Source of the DNA: an uncultured delta proteobacterium | Lineage (GTDB): Bacteria > Myxococcota_A > Polyangia > Fen-1088 | Assembly: GCA_963737265.1 (NCBI GenBank) | Contig: CAVTRY010000023.1 | Span: 384,001-448,000, forward strand | Direction of reading: 5' to 3' | Length of the DNA: 64,000 bases | Shown here: positions 50,413 to 63,878 of the stretch, in pieces | Layout of the letters: every line of letters begins with the position of its first letter | Numbering within the stretch: position 1 is the first letter of the stretch | Program-made: the position numbers and the translations under genes | The notes under the pieces: model-generated | The model's database searches: none | What the model was told of the DNA's origin: nothing | What the model saw: only the letters and a program-made list of their open reading frames with translations

Positions 50413-52233
50413 ATGCGCATTCCTCCCCTCGATCCGCACCACAGCCCACTTTCGCCAACTCAACTAGCCCAGTTCAACAGCTTGGTCGCCGGCCTTGCGC
50501 CGGAGCAAGCCGCGTGGCTGCTCGGCTACCTGACCGCGACGCACCAGCTTCAGCAGGGTGAGCACCCGCCGGCATCGGTACAAAGTGCTGCCGGCGGCAG
50601 CGATGGCCTGCTCACCGTGCTCTTTGCTTCGCAAACCGGCAATGCCATCAAGGTGGCGAAGCGGTTGGTGGCGGCAGCCACCGCGGCCGGCATTCAGGCG
50701 GCGGCCATCAGCACCGGCGACTACAAGACCAGCAATCTGCGCAACGAAGGCAGCCTGGTGCTCATTTCGAGCACGCAGGGAGAGGGCGATCCACCCGACT
50801 CGGCCGTCGAGTTTCACCGCTTTCTCTTCGGTAAACGAGCGCCTCGTTTGCCAGGTCTGCGTTTCGCCGTGCTTGCCCTCGGTGACTACAGCTACGCCAA
50901 CTTCTGCAAGGCGGGCGCGGATTTCGATAAGCGTCTCGAAGAGCTGGGGGGCGAGCGAATCCTCGCCCGCGTGGACTGCGACGTCGAGTTCCAAGCCGCC
51001 GCCGACGCTTGGCAGGGACAGGTCATCGAAGCCTTCAAGAAGTACTTGAACGCAGCCGGCACGGCGACTTCACCGCTGCCCGCGCTGGCGATCGCGGCGA
51101 GCGACGATGTCGGCTACGACAAAACCAATCCGTTTTTGGCCCAGGCACTCGACCGGATCGATCTCAATGGCCGCGGCTCCGCGAAGAAGACGGTTCACTT
51201 CGAGTTGTCCCTGACCGGCTCCGGTATCACCTATGAGCCCGGCGACGCACTTGGCATACTGCCGCGAAATTCCCCAAGCTATGTACGGGATCTGCTTGCC
51301 GTAGCCGGCTTTGCGCACGACGCACCGGTCGCGGTCGACGGCAAGGAGCGGCCGCTGCAGGAGGCGCTCGGCGAGACCTTCGAAGTCACCACCATCACCC
51401 GCCCGTTCGTCAAAGCCTACGCGGCGGAAACCAAGACCGCGGCGCTGGCCGCCCTGCTTGACCAGGGTCAACAGGAAAACTTGCAAAAGTACGTGTACGG
51501 CCGAGAGATCATCGACGTGCTCCAGGCCTATCCGCCAGGCGGTATGTCGCCGCAGGCTTTCGTGGGAATGTTGCGCCGTCTGCAACCGCGACTCTACTCC
51601 ATCGCATCGAGCCTTCTCGCCCACGAGGAAGAAGTCCACCTGCTCGTCGGGCTCACCCGCTACAAAAGCTACGGTCGCGTGCGCGATGGCGTTTGCTCGA
51701 CGTACGCGTGCGAGCGTTTGGGCGAGGACGAGCCGCTGCGGGTTTACCCATCGCCCAACCCGAATTTCAAGCTGCCCAGCAACCCGGACGCGCGCATCGT
51801 CATGATCGGGCCCGGCACCGGCGTGGCGCCGTTTCGAGCCTTCGTCGAAGAGCGCGAAGCACTCGGCTGCCGCGGTCGCAACTGGCTGTTCTTTGGCGAC
51901 CAACATTTCACCACCGACTTCCTCTACCAGGTCGAGTGGCAGCGCTGGCACAAGTCTGGCGTGCTCTCGCACTTGGACTTGGCCTTTTCGCGCGATCAGT
52001 CCGAAAAGATCTACGTGCAACACCGCATGACCGAGCGCGCGCGCGATTTGTATGCGTGGCTGCAGGATGGCGCCCATATTTACGTGTGCGGCGACGCCGA
52101 TAAGATGGCGGCCGACGTCCATGCGGCACTTATTTCCATCGTCAGCAAAGAAGGCGGCAAGGACCGCGACGCCGCCGAGGAATATGTTCAAAATCTCCAG
52201 GCGAACAAGCGTTACCAGCGCGATGTCTACTGA
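50413..52233 (+). CDS. cysJ: assimilatory sulfite reductase flavoprotein
   Basis: ASQTGNA flavodoxin; PRLYSIASS; [10 protein letters not shown]; RYQRDVY. Confidence 0.93.
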   Translation: MRIPPLDPHHSPLSPTQLAQFNSLVAGLAPEQAAWLLGYLTATHQLQQGEHPPASVQSAAGGSDGLLTVLFASQTGNAIKVAKRLVAAATAAGIQAAAISTGDYKTSNLRNEGSLVLISSTQGEGDPPDSAVEFHRFLFGKRAPRLPGLRFAVLALGDYSYANFCKAGADFDKRLEELGGERILARVDCDVEFQAAADAWQGQVIEAFKKYLNAAGTATSPLPALAIAASDDVGYDKTNPFLAQALDRIDLNGRGSAKKTVHFELSLTGSGITYEPGDALGILPRNSPSYVRDLLAVAGFAHDAPVAVDGKERPLQEALGETFEVTTITRPFVKAYAAETKTAALAALLDQGQQENLQKYVYGREIIDVLQAYPPGGMSPQAFVGMLRRLQPRLYSIASSLLAHEEEVHLLVGLTRYKSYGRVRDGVCSTYACERLGEDEPLRVYPSPNPNFKLPSNPDARIVMIGPGTGVAPFRAFVEEREALGCRGRNWLFFGDQHFTTDFLYQVEWQRWHKSGVLSHLDLAFSRDQSEKIYVQHRMTERARDLYAWLQDGAHIYVCGDADKMAADVHAALISIVSKEGGKDRDAAEEYVQNLQANKRYQRDVY

Positions 52234-52259
52234 CGGCCGCGCAGCGAGGACGGTTTCCC

Positions 52260-53972
52260 GTGAGTGAAGACAAACAACCTGCTCCCGGCAGCAGCGAGAA
52301 CGAATACATCAAAGACGCCAGCAACTTCCTACGCGGCACCATCGGCCAAGGACTGCGCGACCCCATCACCGGCGGTATCTCGCCATCGGACCAGCAGCTG
52401 CTGAAGTTTCACGGCATGTACCAGCAGGACGACCGCGACGTTCGCCTCGAACGGCAGCGGCAGAAGCTGGAGCCCCTGCACAGCTTCATGGTGCGCATCC
52501 GCATGCCCGGCGGCGTGTGTACCCCCAAGCAGTATCTGGATCTCGATCGAGTCGCCTGCGCCTACGGCGGCGGCTCGCTGCGGCTGACCACGCGCCAGAC
52601 CTTTCAGTTGCACACGGTTCCCAAGCGGCATTTGCGCACCACCGTGCAGGCAATCCACGCGACCTTGCTCGACACCATCGCCGCGTGCGGTGACGTCAAC
52701 CGCAACGTCATGTGCAATCCGAACCCGTTCCTATCGGCGCTGCACGGCGAGGTCTACGGCTGGGCCAAACGCATCAGCGAACACCTGTTGCCGCGAACCC
52801 GCGCCTACCACGAGATTTGGCTGGGGGAGGATTTGGTCGCGGGCGGCGAACCACCGGACGATGAAGAGCCAACCTATGGCAAGCACTACCTGCCGCGCAA
52901 ATTCAAGATCGCTATCGCGGTGCCGCCGAACAATGACGTCGATGTCTTTGCCAACGACCTTGGTTTCATCGCCATCGCCGAAAAGAACAAGCTGGTCGGC
53001 TTCAACGTGGCGGTGGGCGGCGGCATGGGCATGTCCCACGGCGAAAAGGCCACCTACCCTCGCCTGGCCGATGTGGTTGGATTTTGCCCACCCGAGGACG
53101 CCATCGCAGTGGCCGAAGCCGTGATGACCACGCAGCGCGATTTCGGTGACCGCAAGAACCGCAAACATGCGCGCCTGAAATACACCATCGACGACTGCGG
53201 CCTTGACTGGTTCAAGGGCGAGGTGGAGCGCCGCCTAGGCCGGGCCCTGGCGCCCGCGCGGCCGTTCCAGTTCGACAGTAACGGCGACCGCTACGGCTGG
53301 GTCAAAGGCACTGGCGATACCTGGCATTTCACGCTTTTCATTATGAACGGCCGCATTCGGGATGAGGGCGACCGGCCCCTGCTGACCGCCTTGCGCGAAA
53401 TCGCTCAGATCCACGACGGGGATCTACGCATGACCGGCAACCAGAACTTGATTGTCGCCAGCGTCAGTAAGGGCAACAAGCGTCGCATCGACGATCTGCT
53501 CGACCAGCACGGTCTCAAGGATGGCCTCAAGCAAACCGGGCTACGCCTGTCTGCCATGGCCTGCGTCGCCTTTCCAACCTGCGGTCAAGCCATGGCCGAG
53601 TCGGAACGCTACCTGCCGGGTTTGCTCGACAAGCTCGACGCCATTCTGCGCGAAGTCGGACTGGAAAAGGATCCCATCGTCATTCGCATGACGGGCTGCC
53701 CGAACGGCTGCGCCCGTCCTTACATCGCCGAGATCGGCTTGGTGGGCAAGAACCTCGGCAAGTACAATCTGTATCTTGGCGGCGGCTTCGTCGGCCATCG
53801 TCTCAACAAGCTGTACCGCGAAGGGATTTCCGACCAAGAGATCGTCGCGGTCCTCGACCCGATCCTCCGCAGATATGCTCGCGAGAGGACATCGGGGGAG
53901 CGCTTCGGCGACTTCGTCATCAGGACCGGCTACGTCAAGGCGACTACGCAGGGTATGGATTTTCACGACTGA
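52260..53972 (+). CDS. cysI: assimilatory sulfite reductase hemoprotein
   Basis: [36 protein letters not shown]. Confidence 0.95.
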   Translation: MSEDKQPAPGSSENEYIKDASNFLRGTIGQGLRDPITGGISPSDQQLLKFHGMYQQDDRDVRLERQRQKLEPLHSFMVRIRMPGGVCTPKQYLDLDRVACAYGGGSLRLTTRQTFQLHTVPKRHLRTTVQAIHATLLDTIAACGDVNRNVMCNPNPFLSALHGEVYGWAKRISEHLLPRTRAYHEIWLGEDLVAGGEPPDDEEPTYGKHYLPRKFKIAIAVPPNNDVDVFANDLGFIAIAEKNKLVGFNVAVGGGMGMSHGEKATYPRLADVVGFCPPEDAIAVAEAVMTTQRDFGDRKNRKHARLKYTIDDCGLDWFKGEVERRLGRALAPARPFQFDSNGDRYGWVKGTGDTWHFTLFIMNGRIRDEGDRPLLTALREIAQIHDGDLRMTGNQNLIVASVSKGNKRRIDDLLDQHGLKDGLKQTGLRLSAMACVAFPTCGQAMAESERYLPGLLDKLDAILREVGLEKDPIVIRMTGCPNGCARPYIAEIGLVGKNLGKYNLYLGGGFVGHRLNKLYREGISDQEIVAVLDPILRRYARERTSGERFGDFVIRTGYVKATTQGMDFHD

Positions 53973-54027
53973 TGGTCGTCCGTCGGCGTCGGGAATGCGA
54001 CTTTGACTTGAATGCAGACAGCGCTAA

Positions 54028-55734
<1,707 letters not shown>

Positions 55735-55736
55735 CA

Positions 55737-55758
55737 GCCCCGAATCTTCATTCGGGGC
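55737..55758. terminator. hairpin between convergent thiC and the fibro-slime gene
   Basis: gccccgaat-cttc-attcggggc, perfect 9-bp stem. Confidence 0.6.
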
Positions 55759-55783
55759 CTGGGTGCTCAGTTCTGCCAGAAGG

Positions 55784-58435
55784 TTACTGAATTGCGAACA
55801 GACAGCCGCTGTCACAGGGTTGATTGGGCTGGCCGTTGAGCGCAGTGCCGAGGTCGCATTGCTCGCCCAGATTTGTATCGACGATCCCATCGCCGCAGTA
55901 GTGCGGCAACAGACACCCGATCGTGCATCCCTTCGAATCGGCGGTGGCGGCAGCGCCATTCTGCTTGCCGAGGTCGCACTGCTCCGGCCCACTCGTTCCA
56001 CTTTGCGCAATGCCATCGCCGCAATAGGGACCCCACTTGCATTGAGTGGTACAGCCGCCGTAGGTGGTGTCGTTGTTATTCCCCGTGCAGCCGGTGGGGA
56101 CCGCCGTTCCCGGATCGCCGCAGTCGCACTCCTCGCCGCCGGTGACGACGCCATCGCCGCAGCGCGGCTGGCACTCTGATTTCTTGGTAGTGTAGCCGTT
56201 GAGGGTCAGCTGGTAGTTCGACTCGGGTGGGTGTCGGTCACCGCCGAAAATGGCGATTTCGTAAACTTTGCCCGTGACGAGTCCGAGCGGAACGGTGCGG
56301 ACACGGAAGTCATCCGGCGTGGCGGCGAGTGGAGGCGTCGAATTGGTCGGAGAACAAGCCTTGGACCCCACAGTCACCCCTGTAATATTTCCGGCCGCGT
56401 CCAGGCATCCGCCCTCCGTAACCTGTGCATCCCCATTCGTCGCACCGCTGACCGTAACCTTGCCGGGCAGTTGCTGGTGAATGCCACCGAGGTCGAGAAC
56501 CAAGACACCGTTGATGAAGATGAAAAGGTCGTCATCGCCGTAGAATGACAGCGACAGGCCGTTGGCTGCGTCGTAGGCGAAGAAATAGCGCGCTTCGTCG
56601 GTGAAGTAGTCATCGTTCGTCGCGCCGGGAGTGTTCGTGACCCAGCAGCCATTGCTAAGCGGATTCTGGTTCGGGCAGTCGGCCTGGAGCACGCGGGGCG
56701 GAAAGAGGTATTGATCGCCCCGGCAGGTCGTCCAGATCGGAGTGCCGTTGTAACGATCCCAGTAGGGCCAAAGCATGCACTGCGTATCCTGGCTGGGATT
56801 CAACGTATTGAGGGGAAAGAAACCGCCCTGAGCCAGACGCGATGTACTCGTGTACTGGTATGTGTTCGTGCCCGAGGCCGGGGCGGATTGTAGCTCGAGA
56901 ACGCTCGTGAAAGTCTTGTTCACAGTTGGGTCGTCGTTGAACCATTGATTGAAGCTGGCAGCGTTCTTGTAGGCGGGCACCGTCCCATGGAAAATTGGAC
57001 CACCGGGGGTGCTTGCGGTGTAGCCGGTGATGGTACCGGTATAGGTTCCCATCGAGCTCGTCGTGGTGACGGCAGAGCCTATATTTCCGCCGAGGTAGCC
57101 GCCGTTGCCATCAGAGAGTGGGCTGTCGTTCGCGGCCTCGGTGAAGCCGCCGGGGATGTGGCCAGAATTTCCGATGTCCCAGTCGCTAAACTGGCAGGCA
57201 CAGGTCGTCGTAGGACCGGGCTGGGGCTTGCCATGCAACAGTTTGGGGGCCGCAATTCCCCAACAACGCGCGGTTGAGTCGTTCCCCTTCGCCGGCCCAC
57301 CCGAGTTGGGTACACAAATGGTAGTGGGCGACTTCGATCCATTGTACCGGGTGCCCAGGAAGGGAAAGTCCGGGTGACCGCCAGGGGAGACGTTTTCGGG
57401 CTGAAAGTCCCGGTAGACGATGGGCAGTTCGAGGCACTGGCCCGACCCCGATTGGCAGGTGCTAGAATCTTGTTGCGTTTTGGCCGAGCAAGTAAAGCCA
57501 CTCTCCACCTGACACGTCGACGAACAACCATCGCCATTGATTAGGTTACCGTCGTCGCACGCTTCGCCGGTATCCACGTTGCCATCGCCGCAGCTCGATG
57601 AACACGCCTGAGTGTTGCCGCTGCTATCCTGGCAAGTTGGCTCCTTGGTGCAGGTCTTCGAGCAACCCTTGCCATCGCCGTAGAAGAGACCGTTCATGCC
57701 CTCGCAGGCCGAGGGAAGCTTCGTCTGGTCGGTGCCGCAATCGCACAACTCTCCAGTTTCGACAATGCCGTTTCCGCAAATCGCCTCCGTACACACGCTG
57801 GGCGAGCCAGTGCACGTCCAGCCTGGCTCGACGAGGCAGGTCGACGAACATCCATCACCGCTCTTGGTGTTCCCATCGTCGCATTCCTTGCCTAGCTCGA
57901 CAACGCCGTCGCCACAGTCCGGCGAGCACTTTTTTCCAGGCACGCGGCACACCCAGCCCTTTTCGACGGTCTGACAGTCAGCCGAACAGCCATCGCCGCT
58001 CACCGTATTTCCGTCGTCGCAGGCTTCGTTGGACGTCAGCACACCGTTCCCGCAAACTGCCTGGTTCGTGCAGGACTGACCCGGCGTGGGGCAGATGTAA
58101 TTCGCCTCGATCTGGCAAAGAGCGTTGCACCCATCGCCCGACGTCGTATTTCCGTCGTCGCACTGTTCGGGAGGGTCGAGCTTCCCATTGCCGCACAGGG
58201 CCAGATTGCCGATTGGTACCGAGCTGATGCTGACGACTCCACCGCCGCCCGAACTGTTGCCGCCGCCGTTGCCAGCTCCGCCGTGTCCGCTGCCTCCCCC
58301 GCCGGACGGACCGATCTGCCCACCCGATTGGCACCCGACACCGCCGAAAACGAAGACGCCCCCAAAAAGAAGGGCTGATAGGGAAACCGCCAACAACACG
58401 CGGTTGGCACAAAGTGGGGTAGTGCTGGTTCGCAT
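55784..58435 (-). CDS. fibro-slime/PA14-like lipoprotein with Myxococcus cysteine-rich (DUF4215) repeats
   Basis: GVGC lipobox-like; repeated CGNG...E.CDDGN..SGDGC; YRDF...HPDF; FYGDDDLFIFING.LVLDLGGIH. Confidence 0.88.
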   Translation of the reverse strand: MRTSTTPLCANRVLLAVSLSALLFGGVFVFGGVGCQSGGQIGPSGGGGSGHGGAGNGGGNSSGGGGVVSISSVPIGNLALCGNGKLDPPEQCDDGNTTSGDGCNALCQIEANYICPTPGQSCTNQAVCGNGVLTSNEACDDGNTVSGDGCSADCQTVEKGWVCRVPGKKCSPDCGDGVVELGKECDDGNTKSGDGCSSTCLVEPGWTCTGSPSVCTEAICGNGIVETGELCDCGTDQTKLPSACEGMNGLFYGDGKGCSKTCTKEPTCQDSSGNTQACSSSCGDGNVDTGEACDDGNLINGDGCSSTCQVESGFTCSAKTQQDSSTCQSGSGQCLELPIVYRDFQPENVSPGGHPDFPFLGTRYNGSKSPTTICVPNSGGPAKGNDSTARCWGIAAPKLLHGKPQPGPTTTCACQFSDWDIGNSGHIPGGFTEAANDSPLSDGNGGYLGGNIGSAVTTTSSMGTYTGTITGYTASTPGGPIFHGTVPAYKNAASFNQWFNDDPTVNKTFTSVLELQSAPASGTNTYQYTSTSRLAQGGFFPLNTLNPSQDTQCMLWPYWDRYNGTPIWTTCRGDQYLFPPRVLQADCPNQNPLSNGCWVTNTPGATNDDYFTDEARYFFAYDAANGLSLSFYGDDDLFIFINGVLVLDLGGIHQQLPGKVTVSGATNGDAQVTEGGCLDAAGNITGVTVGSKACSPTNSTPPLAATPDDFRVRTVPLGLVTGKVYEIAIFGGDRHPPESNYQLTLNGYTTKKSECQPRCGDGVVTGGEECDCGDPGTAVPTGCTGNNNDTTYGGCTTQCKWGPYCGDGIAQSGTSGPEQCDLGKQNGAAATADSKGCTIGCLLPHYCGDGIVDTNLGEQCDLGTALNGQPNQPCDSGCLFAIQ

Positions 58436-58570
58436 GGAACGTACCTCTCGTGAGGGTGAACGAAGACTCTCGCCCGGTCTTTGCAACGGAGTATAGCGAA
58501 CCGACCTAATGATCGGTGAACAAAATGCTTCACAACTGTAACGGGGATCTCATTTTTGCCCACCCCAGAG

Positions 58571-60403
58571 TCAGCGCACCTGGGCCACCTCCGAGCGACC
58601 CGAGGCGCTCTCGTCCGTCTGACCCTGCCAGGTTTCAGCCGGGTCATTTTGGGGCGGCAGCAGCTCGTAACGCATGTTGCGTCGGCGGGGAATGAACCCC
58701 GCAGCGCGCACGTGACGCTCGATGTCGCCTGCGGACAACTTAAACACCGCACCGGCCTGCGACACCACATTCTCTTCGATCATGGCGGAGCCGAAGTCGT
58801 TGCCGCCAAAACGCAACGCAACCTGCCCAATGGCCGGCCCCATGGTCGGCCAGGACACTTGCAGGTTGGGAAAATTGTCGAGGTACAGGCGCGCCAGGCT
58901 GAACACACGCAAGTAGCGATTCGCCGTGGTGTCGTCGTTCAGCCGCAGCCGCGTGCCCTCGGCCTGAAAGGGCCAGCAGATGAAGGCCGTGAAGCCGGCG
59001 GTCTGGTCTTGCAGAGCGCGCAGCTTTTCCAGGTGCCTGACGAGGTGCCCAGGCGTCTCGCCAAAGCCAAAGACCATGGTCGCGGTACTGCGCAGGCCCA
59101 AGGCATGCGCCTCGCGCATGACCGCCATCCACGTAGCGGTGGAACACTTGAGCGGCGAAATGCGCCGGCGAATCTCGTCGTCGAGGATCTCGGCGCCACC
59201 ACCCGGCACACTGTCGAGTCCAGCGGCGACCAGACGTTCGAGAACTTGGCGAATCGTCAGTCGCTCGATGCCGGCGATGAAGTTGATCTCCTCGGGCGAC
59301 AGCGCGTGCAAGGCCAGGGGGAAGTTGGCCTTGGTCCAGCGGAACAGGTCTTCGTAGTAGCCAATCGGCAGGTTGGGGTTGACACCACCCTGAAGCAGGA
59401 TCTGAATTCCGCCCATGGCGACGGTTTCGGCAAATTTCTGCGCCAGCACTTCGCGCGACAGGGTGTAGCCGTCCCTGCTCTTGACCGGCCGGTAGAAGTT
59501 GCAGAATTTGCACGCGGTCACGCACAGGTTGGTGTAGTTGACGTTGCGATCGATGATGTAGGTAACCAGGTTTTCGGGGTGCAAGCTCCGTCGGCGCTGG
59601 TCGGCGGCGGCGCCCAAATCCAGAAGAGAGGCTTCCTCGTACAGACGAAGCGCGCCGTCCGGACTCAGCCGCTTGCCCGCCGCCGCGTCGGCGAGCAGCG
59701 AGTCGAGTGCCGGCTCCGCGGCTTCCGTCCTTGGCCGTGGCCACGCCACGGGCCGAGGTTTCTCGGGCGCGTAGGCGAACTCGAACAGGCGAACCCGGGT
59801 TGCCACCTGGGACTCCTCCGCCAGCCGCAGTCGTTCAAAGTACGCCCCCAGCCCAGACAGCTCATCCGAACCCAGGCGGTAGCGAATGCCGCGCACCAAG
59901 TGCTGCTCATAGACAGCAGGATCGCCTCCGTGCGCCTCCGCGAAGGCGCGCGCGATGTCGCGGCGATGCGCGAGTCCCTCGTCCAAGCTCTGCGACAGAA
60001 GGCGCGCTTCATCGCCTCCGATGGCGCTCGGCCGTCCCGCCCAAAACGCGTAAACGAACGGCAGCCCGGTCTGCTGGCACCAGTCGTCGACAGTTTCATA
60101 AGCCCGGCTCGGTTGCCACAGCCCGGTCATGAGGTCGTCCGAGCCGCCAATGGCGGCCCGGCCGGTGATAGCGATCTCCGGAACGACGCGCAGATCGAGA
60201 CCGCGGGCGAGCGCGACCGCTCGATAGCTCGGGCTGGGCAGCAGGGCCAGATCGGCCTGCCCGGTCGCCAGTCGCTCCGCGCATTGCGCGGGAGAAACGA
60301 AGGCGAGCTCGAAACGATCCTCGCCCAGTCCCTGTTCGATACCGTACGTGGTGGGCCGCGCGCTCAGCGCGGATGGCACGGCCAGGCGCAAGCGAGGATT
60401 CAT
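58571..60403 (-). CDS. mqnC: fusion: degenerate MqnA-like domain + cyclic dehypoxanthine futalosine synthase MqnC
   Basis: C-terminal radical SAM IDRNVNYTNLCVTACKFC, GGGAEIL, DFGSAMIEENVV; N-terminal GQADLALLPS and W...TGLPFVYAFW (MqnA-like). Confidence 0.88.
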   Translation of the reverse strand: MNPRLRLAVPSALSARPTTYGIEQGLGEDRFELAFVSPAQCAERLATGQADLALLPSPSYRAVALARGLDLRVVPEIAITGRAAIGGSDDLMTGLWQPSRAYETVDDWCQQTGLPFVYAFWAGRPSAIGGDEARLLSQSLDEGLAHRRDIARAFAEAHGGDPAVYEQHLVRGIRYRLGSDELSGLGAYFERLRLAEESQVATRVRLFEFAYAPEKPRPVAWPRPRTEAAEPALDSLLADAAAGKRLSPDGALRLYEEASLLDLGAAADQRRRSLHPENLVTYIIDRNVNYTNLCVTACKFCNFYRPVKSRDGYTLSREVLAQKFAETVAMGGIQILLQGGVNPNLPIGYYEDLFRWTKANFPLALHALSPEEINFIAGIERLTIRQVLERLVAAGLDSVPGGGAEILDDEIRRRISPLKCSTATWMAVMREAHALGLRSTATMVFGFGETPGHLVRHLEKLRALQDQTAGFTAFICWPFQAEGTRLRLNDDTTANRYLRVFSLARLYLDNFPNLQVSWPTMGPAIGQVALRFGGNDFGSAMIEENVVSQAGAVFKLSAGDIERHVRAAGFIPRRRNMRYELLPPQNDPAETWQGQTDESASGRSEVAQVR

Positions 60404-61545
60404 TGCACGACCCCGAGGGAGCTTGGTACCTGACGTCGGAAGGGCGTGGCTGGCGCGAGCGCGGCGCCTTCAGCCACCACGTTGTAGAGGGTGTCGCGCT
60501 CGACAGGCTCGCGTCCGGCCCTCTCAATCAAATGCACGAGCTCGGATAGGCTGAGACCCTGCGGCGTTTCGGCGCCAGCCATGTGGTAGATGCGCTCCTC
60601 CTGCACGGTTCCATCCAAGTCGTCGGCGCCAAACCACTGCGCGGTCTGCGCCGTCTTCAGGCCCAGCATGATCCAGTAGGCCTTGATGTGCGCGATGTTG
60701 TGTAGCAGCAGGCGCGACACCGCATAGATGCGCAAATCCTCCACGCCCGTCGGCGCGGGCAATCGGCGAAGCGCGTTGCCGTCCGGATGAAAGGCGAGCG
60801 GGATGAAGGTTTGGAAACCGCCGGTTTCGTCCTGCAGGGCGCGCAGGCGCAGCAGGTGGTCGACCCGATCCTCGGCGCTCTCGATGTGGCCGTAGAGCAT
60901 GGTGCAATTCGAGCGTAGCCCCATGCGATGGGCGGTGCGGTGCACGTCGAGCCACTCGTCGGCCGTGCATTTGTCGGCGCAAATCTTCCCGCGCACGCGT
61001 GGGGCGAAGATTTCGGCCCCGCCGCCCGGCAAGGAATCCAACCCCGCGGCGCGCAGCCTTTCCAGCACTTCGGCCACCGGCATGCCGAAGTGCCGGTGGA
61101 AGAAGAAGATCTCGACCGCGGTGAACGCCTTGAGGTGAATCGTCGGCGAGATCCGCTTGAGACCGGCCAGCAGCTCGGTGTAGTAGGAGAATGGCAGACC
61201 GTCGTGCAGGCCGTTGACGATGTGGATCTCGGTAATAGGGTCCTTTGCTTCGATGCGGGTTCGCAGGCGGCCCCACGCATCTTCGAGGGACATGGTGTAA
61301 GCACCTGGATCTCCGACCTTGAGCCGGGAAAACGAGCAGAACATGCAGCTGGCCACGCAAACGTTGGTGGCGTTGATGTGCATGTTCCGGTTGAAATAGG
61401 TGCGCTGGCCGTGCAGCCGCTCGCGCACCTCGTTGGCGAGCTGACCGAGCTCGAGCAAATTGGGATGCCGAAACAGGGCAACTCCGTCGGCAAAATCAAG
61501 CGGCTCCTGCGCGCGCACCTTGTCCCTGATTTCCGAAAAGCTCAT
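60400..61545 (-). CDS. mqnE: aminofutalosine synthase
   Basis: NATNVCVASCMFC, HLKAFTAVEI, MLYGHIE, HIKAYW, DDLDGTVQEERIYHMAG. Confidence 0.92.
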   Translation of the reverse strand: MSFSEIRDKVRAQEPLDFADGVALFRHPNLLELGQLANEVRERLHGQRTYFNRNMHINATNVCVASCMFCSFSRLKVGDPGAYTMSLEDAWGRLRTRIEAKDPITEIHIVNGLHDGLPFSYYTELLAGLKRISPTIHLKAFTAVEIFFFHRHFGMPVAEVLERLRAAGLDSLPGGGAEIFAPRVRGKICADKCTADEWLDVHRTAHRMGLRSNCTMLYGHIESAEDRVDHLLRLRALQDETGGFQTFIPLAFHPDGNALRRLPAPTGVEDLRIYAVSRLLLHNIAHIKAYWIMLGLKTAQTAQWFGADDLDGTVQEERIYHMAGAETPQGLSLSELVHLIERAGREPVERDTLYNVVAEGAALAPATPFRRQVPSSLGVVQ

Positions 61546-61673
61546 GACCCCAAAACCTAGCAGGGGAAAATCCCGACGCCATCCCGCGTCTCGAAAAAAC
61601 TGGACCTTGGCTGTCCGCTTTCTGGACGTGCAAGCGGTTGCGCAACGAGCGCCGCCGGCCCATGGTTTGGCAT

Positions 61674-63878
61674 ATGCCTCACCTTCCCGGTGCCGACGCC
61701 TTTTCCCCGACGCTGGAATCCAGGCTAGCGGTCGCTCTGGCCGGATCGGGCGGCACGCGTCCGCGCACGCGCCACCTCGACCCCGACGGCAGCCCGCGCT
61801 ACACCAATCGCCTGGCCCTGGAGAGCAGCCCCTATCTGCTTCAGCATGCGCACAACCCGGTGAGCTGGAATCCCTGGGGCGACGAAGCGTTTGCCGAGGC
61901 TCGCCGATTGGCGCGGCCGGTGTTTCTCTCCATCGGCTACGCCACCTGTCACTGGTGCCACGTCATGGAGGAAGAATCCTTCGAGGATGAATCCATCGCC
62001 GCCTTCATGAATGCGCACTACGTCTGCATCAAGGTCGACCGCGAGGAGCGCCCGGACGTGGACGCCGTGTACATGAGCGCAACTCAGCAACTCACCGGCT
62101 CGGGCGGGTGGCCAATGTCGGTCTGGCTGACGCCCGACCGCGAGCCCTTCTTTGCCGGCACGTATTTCCCGCCGTATGCCGGCACACGCGGAGCTAGCTC
62201 TGGCTTCATCGATATCCTGACCGAGCTGGTCCGTTTGTATGACGCCGATTCAGACCGGGTTCACGAAGCCGCGCGGGCGCTCACTGCCGCCGTCCGCGAA
62301 GCGATGACCGTGGATGTGGATGCAGGCGCGAATGATTTCGGCCGGGGATCGCGGGAGAATCGCCGTCGAGCGGATGCTTCGATGATCGCCGCCGCGGTCG
62401 AGCAATGCCGTCGCGGCTTCGATAGTGAAAATGGCGGTCTACGCCTGCCGCAGAAGTTTCCCTCGAACGTGCCGATTCGCCTCCTGCTGCGCCACCACCA
62501 GCGGACCGGCGATGCGCAGGCCCTGCACATGGCCGTGCTCACCCTAGCGCGCATGGCAGAGGGCGGAATCTACGACCAGGTAGCGGGCGGCTTTCATCGC
62601 TACGCCACGGACAGGCGGTGGCTGGTGCCACATTTCGAGAAGATGCTTTACGACAACGCCCTGCTGGTCGTGGCCTACGCCGAGGCCTGGCAGGTGACCA
62701 AGCGGCCCGACTTCGCCCGCGTTGTGCGTGAAACCTGCGACGAGCTTTTGCGGACTTTCGCCGCGCCCGAAGGCGGCTTCTATTCTGCCACCGACGCCGA
62801 CTCAGAAGGCGAGGAGGGGAAATTCTTCGTATGGAGCGAGGACGAGATCCGGGCCGTGCTCGGAACAGGGGACGATACCGACTTGTTCCTGCGCCACTAC
62901 GGCGTAACTGCGGGTAGGAACTTCGAGCTTGGAAACATTCTCTACCAACCGCGGGCGGACGAGGCCATCACCGTGAAGCTTGCGCCTGCGCGGGCCACGC
63001 TGGCCGAGGCGCGACGGCAGCGCGTGCCGCCGCTGCGCGATGATAAGATCCTGGCGGCGTGGAATGGTCTCGCCATCAGCGCCTTCGCCGTCGCCGGCCG
63101 CATGCTCGGCGAACACCGGTACGTGGACCGAGCGGTCGCCGCGGCGGATTTTCTCGCAACCAAAACGCGAGATGCCCAAAGCGGCCGCCTTGCGCGCAGT
63201 TATCGCTCTCGGCACCTGGGCGCGCCCGGCTTTCTCGACGACTACGCGTTCGTGGCCGCTGGCATGCTGGATCTATTTGAAACAACCTACGACCCGCGCT
63301 GGTTCGACGAAGCTTGCCGCCTGTGCGAAGAGACCGAAGCGCTCTTTGCCGACAGGGTGCGCGGCGGGTGGTTCATGGCCAGCGAGACACACGAGCGCCT
63401 GCTGGCTCGCGAGCGGCCCGTCTTCGACGGCGCAGAGCCGGCGGGCGGCTCGGTCGCGCTGATGAACGCGGCACGACTGGCCGCCTTCACCGACGATGTC
63501 CGCTGGCGGCAGGTGGTCGACCGCGCTCTTGGGTTCTACCAGCCGGTGATCGAGGAACGTCCCATGGCTCTGACCGAGGCTTTGCTGGCCGTCGACTTTC
63601 TCGCCGGTCCGGTACGTGAAATCGTGCTTGTGCTTCCGGCCGGCGGCGACTCCGAGGGCGCCTTCCAAGCTGTCCTTCGCGAAACCTACTGCCCGCGCAG
63701 GGTCCTGGTGGCGGGCGACGCCGCGTCGTCGCGGTGGCACGCCCTGGAGATGCGCATTCCCTTGATCCGCGGCAAGACCCCGCAGGCCGGCCTGGCCACC
63801 GCGTATGTTTGCTCGCGCGGGAATTGCCAGCTTCCGACCACCGACCCGCTAGAGTTTCAACGACAGGTCGCCAGTTAG
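61674..63878 (+). CDS. YyaL/DUF255 thioredoxin + six-hairpin glycosidase-like protein
   Basis: [56 protein letters not shown]; start uncertain. Confidence 0.92.
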   Translation: MPHLPGADAFSPTLESRLAVALAGSGGTRPRTRHLDPDGSPRYTNRLALESSPYLLQHAHNPVSWNPWGDEAFAEARRLARPVFLSIGYATCHWCHVMEEESFEDESIAAFMNAHYVCIKVDREERPDVDAVYMSATQQLTGSGGWPMSVWLTPDREPFFAGTYFPPYAGTRGASSGFIDILTELVRLYDADSDRVHEAARALTAAVREAMTVDVDAGANDFGRGSRENRRRADASMIAAAVEQCRRGFDSENGGLRLPQKFPSNVPIRLLLRHHQRTGDAQALHMAVLTLARMAEGGIYDQVAGGFHRYATDRRWLVPHFEKMLYDNALLVVAYAEAWQVTKRPDFARVVRETCDELLRTFAAPEGGFYSATDADSEGEEGKFFVWSEDEIRAVLGTGDDTDLFLRHYGVTAGRNFELGNILYQPRADEAITVKLAPARATLAEARRQRVPPLRDDKILAAWNGLAISAFAVAGRMLGEHRYVDRAVAAADFLATKTRDAQSGRLARSYRSRHLGAPGFLDDYAFVAAGMLDLFETTYDPRWFDEACRLCEETEALFADRVRGGWFMASETHERLLARERPVFDGAEPAGGSVALMNAARLAAFTDDVRWRQVVDRALGFYQPVIEERPMALTEALLAVDFLAGPVREIVLVLPAGGDSEGAFQAVLRETYCPRRVLVAGDAASSRWHALEMRIPLIRGKTPQAGLATAYVCSRGNCQLPTTDPLEFQRQVAS

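Noticed and set aside
58556-60433. 625-aa plus-strand ORF
   Set aside because: Antisense shadow of the mqnA-like::mqnC gene
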